Source of the DNA: Fibrobacterota bacterium
GTDB lineage: Bacteria > Fibrobacterota > Fibrobacteria > UBA11236
Reading direction: 5' to 3'
DNA: 49,931 nt
Assembly: GCA_043753995.1 (NCBI GenBank)
Contig: JAYUVP010000149.1
Location: 1 to 49,931 of the forward strand
Under the pieces are notes generated by a model that was given only the letters and a program-made list of their open reading frames with translations, did no database searches and was not told where the DNA came from. The position numbers were made by a program, and so were the translations under genes. This document shows positions 48,747 through 49,931 of this stretch, one piece after another (position 1 is the stretch's first letter; each line of letters starts with the position of its first letter).

Positions 48747-49571
48747 TCATTTCTTGCTAATGGGAAAGAATTGCAAATTGAGTTGAAAAACCCGATCGGG
48801 CTGGGGTTCGTCTATGGCCATTTTGAGCAAGCGCTTGCGCAGTTGACGAATCTCTTCCACCGCGGATTTAAAGCTGGCAGGGGACAAAGTCATGGTCAGA
48901 GTGGAAATATCACGCTCACTGGGAGGAATGCGATCGAGAGCGTCTTTGGCAATATCCATGGTGGCGCGCTGATAGTCCGCCGCATGAAGGGAGCGAACCT
49001 CGTCACCACTGGTTAGCGCAGCTTGCTTCTGCCGCAGAAAACCACGCTTATCCCTCTCCAATAATCCCAAGTCTAGAAGATCTTCAATCGCGGTCTTAGC
49101 CTCATTGGGACGAATACTCGGAATGAGTTTTTTCGCCAGGGTTTCATATTGATCTCGCAGCGGGAAGAAAAAGACAAGTTCGCGTATGGCGACATAATAC
49201 CAGGTCGAAAACAGCCGAAGCTCCCGACCATCCAAAACCTTTAGGTCGGTCGGCTTTTGGGAAATCAACTCCTGAAAAAGGCGGGCCTTGTCGGATTGCT
49301 TTCTCGCTTGAGTGAAAAGAACCAAGGTTTCGAAGTATCGTCCGGCTTTGCGTCCAAGCCCGAGCGCCTCGGCAAGCTTGCTTACATATTGGTGCGGCAA
49401 TTTTCGCTTTCCGGACAAAATATTGGCGAGAAATCCCGACGAGGTGACGCCCATGCGTCCAAGAAGGAAGCGATGCGAGAAGGCAGGCTTGCTCGCCTTC
49501 ATTTCTTCCAAATAGTCCTTTAGAAAAAGGCGAAAGTCATGGTAGGCGTAAATATTTGTTGGGGTAGGCAC
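48747..49571 (-). CDS. TIGR02147 / DUF4423 family protein (HTH-containing, Fibrobacterota-expanded)
   Basis: IYAYHDFRLFLKDY...FSHR...SSGFL..ILSGKR...WYYVAIREL...ERDISTLT...VFQLNLQFFP. Confidence 0.92.
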   Translation of the reverse strand: MPTPTNIYAYHDFRLFLKDYLEEMKASKPAFSHRFLLGRMGVTSSGFLANILSGKRKLPHQYVSKLAEALGLGRKAGRYFETLVLFTQARKQSDKARLFQELISQKPTDLKVLDGRELRLFSTWYYVAIRELVFFFPLRDQYETLAKKLIPSIRPNEAKTAIEDLLDLGLLERDKRGFLRQKQAALTSGDEVRSLHAADYQRATMDIAKDALDRIPPSERDISTLTMTLSPASFKSAVEEIRQLRKRLLKMAIDEPQPDRVFQLNLQFFPISKK

Positions 49572-49616
49572 GACGCTTAATATAGAGGCAAGTGACGGAG
49601 CAGGCGAGACAATTGC

Positions 49617-49653
49617 GTCATTTATCGCTTACATTTTGTAAGCGATAAATGAC
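49617..49653. repeat. Perfect 17-bp inverted repeat
   Basis: GTCATTTATCGCTTACA-TTT-TGTAAGCGATAAATGAC. Confidence 0.85.
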
Positions 49654-49745
49654 CGTAGTATTACGCTTTGCAGCAATTAGGCTTGAATTCGCTTTCGTCC
49701 TGGGCAAGCGCGGATAGCAGGAATTTCGCTTCTTGGGTGGAGGCA

Positions 49746-49872
49746 GGTAATAGCAACGGGATTTGCCCTCTTCATAATACTTGACGACACCTTCATGTCG
49801 TAACAAGGTCAAATGCTGGAATATATTGGGCTGCGAAATTTCGCACAAATCGCAGAAATCCGCAACGCGTAA
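49746..49872 (-). pseudogene. ArsR/SmtB-family HTH fragment
   Basis: LRVADFCDLCEISQPNIFQHLTLLRHEGVV....EGKSRCYYL; no N-terminal helix or start visible. Confidence 0.6.
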
Positions 49873-49931
49873 GGATAGGGCTCCGAATCGTCTAATATTT
49901 AACCCCCCCCCACCCCCGTGGCCCCCCCCCC

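Noticed and set aside
49903..49931. Poly-C tracts as a G-quadruplex or phase-variation site
   Set aside because: At the window edge with no context; may be a low-complexity or assembly-end artefact.

Overview
Bacterial chromosome segment, most likely Fibrobacterota (TIGR02147-family gene, Fibrobacterota-style lipoproteins, T9SS-like C-terminal tails). The right half (23.5-49.9 kb) is largely ordinary: type-2 ileS, DUF1330, DksA/TraR with a histone-H1-like tail, PilZ, a cheA-cheW-mcp-cheR-cheD-cheY-cheX-cheB operon, a VIT-like secreted protein, an SGNH/TPR-carbamoyltransferase-SxtJ cluster and a TIGR02147-lipoprotein pair. The left 23 kb, directly upstream of ileS, is a mosaic of about 15 unrelated genes of differing base composition plus gene scraps. 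These are separated by a small set of dispersed modules: (A) 7-8 co-oriented copies of a ~35-bp motif resembling the oriIS end of IS91/ISCR rolling-circle elements, (B) remnants of an IS91-family transposase N-terminus (two co-oriented, one inverted), (C) four co-oriented copies of a 107-bp GC-rich hairpin module, and (D) two decayed, co-oriented copies of the ileS leader plus 5' coding region. The layout 'anchor - element - captured genes - partial anchor copy', repeated, parallels ISCR1 complex class 1 integrons. I infer an ileS-anchored, IS91/ISCR-driven chromosomal gene-capture array. No intact transposase or integrase is in the window. Family assignments are from motif recognition by eye, not database searches.
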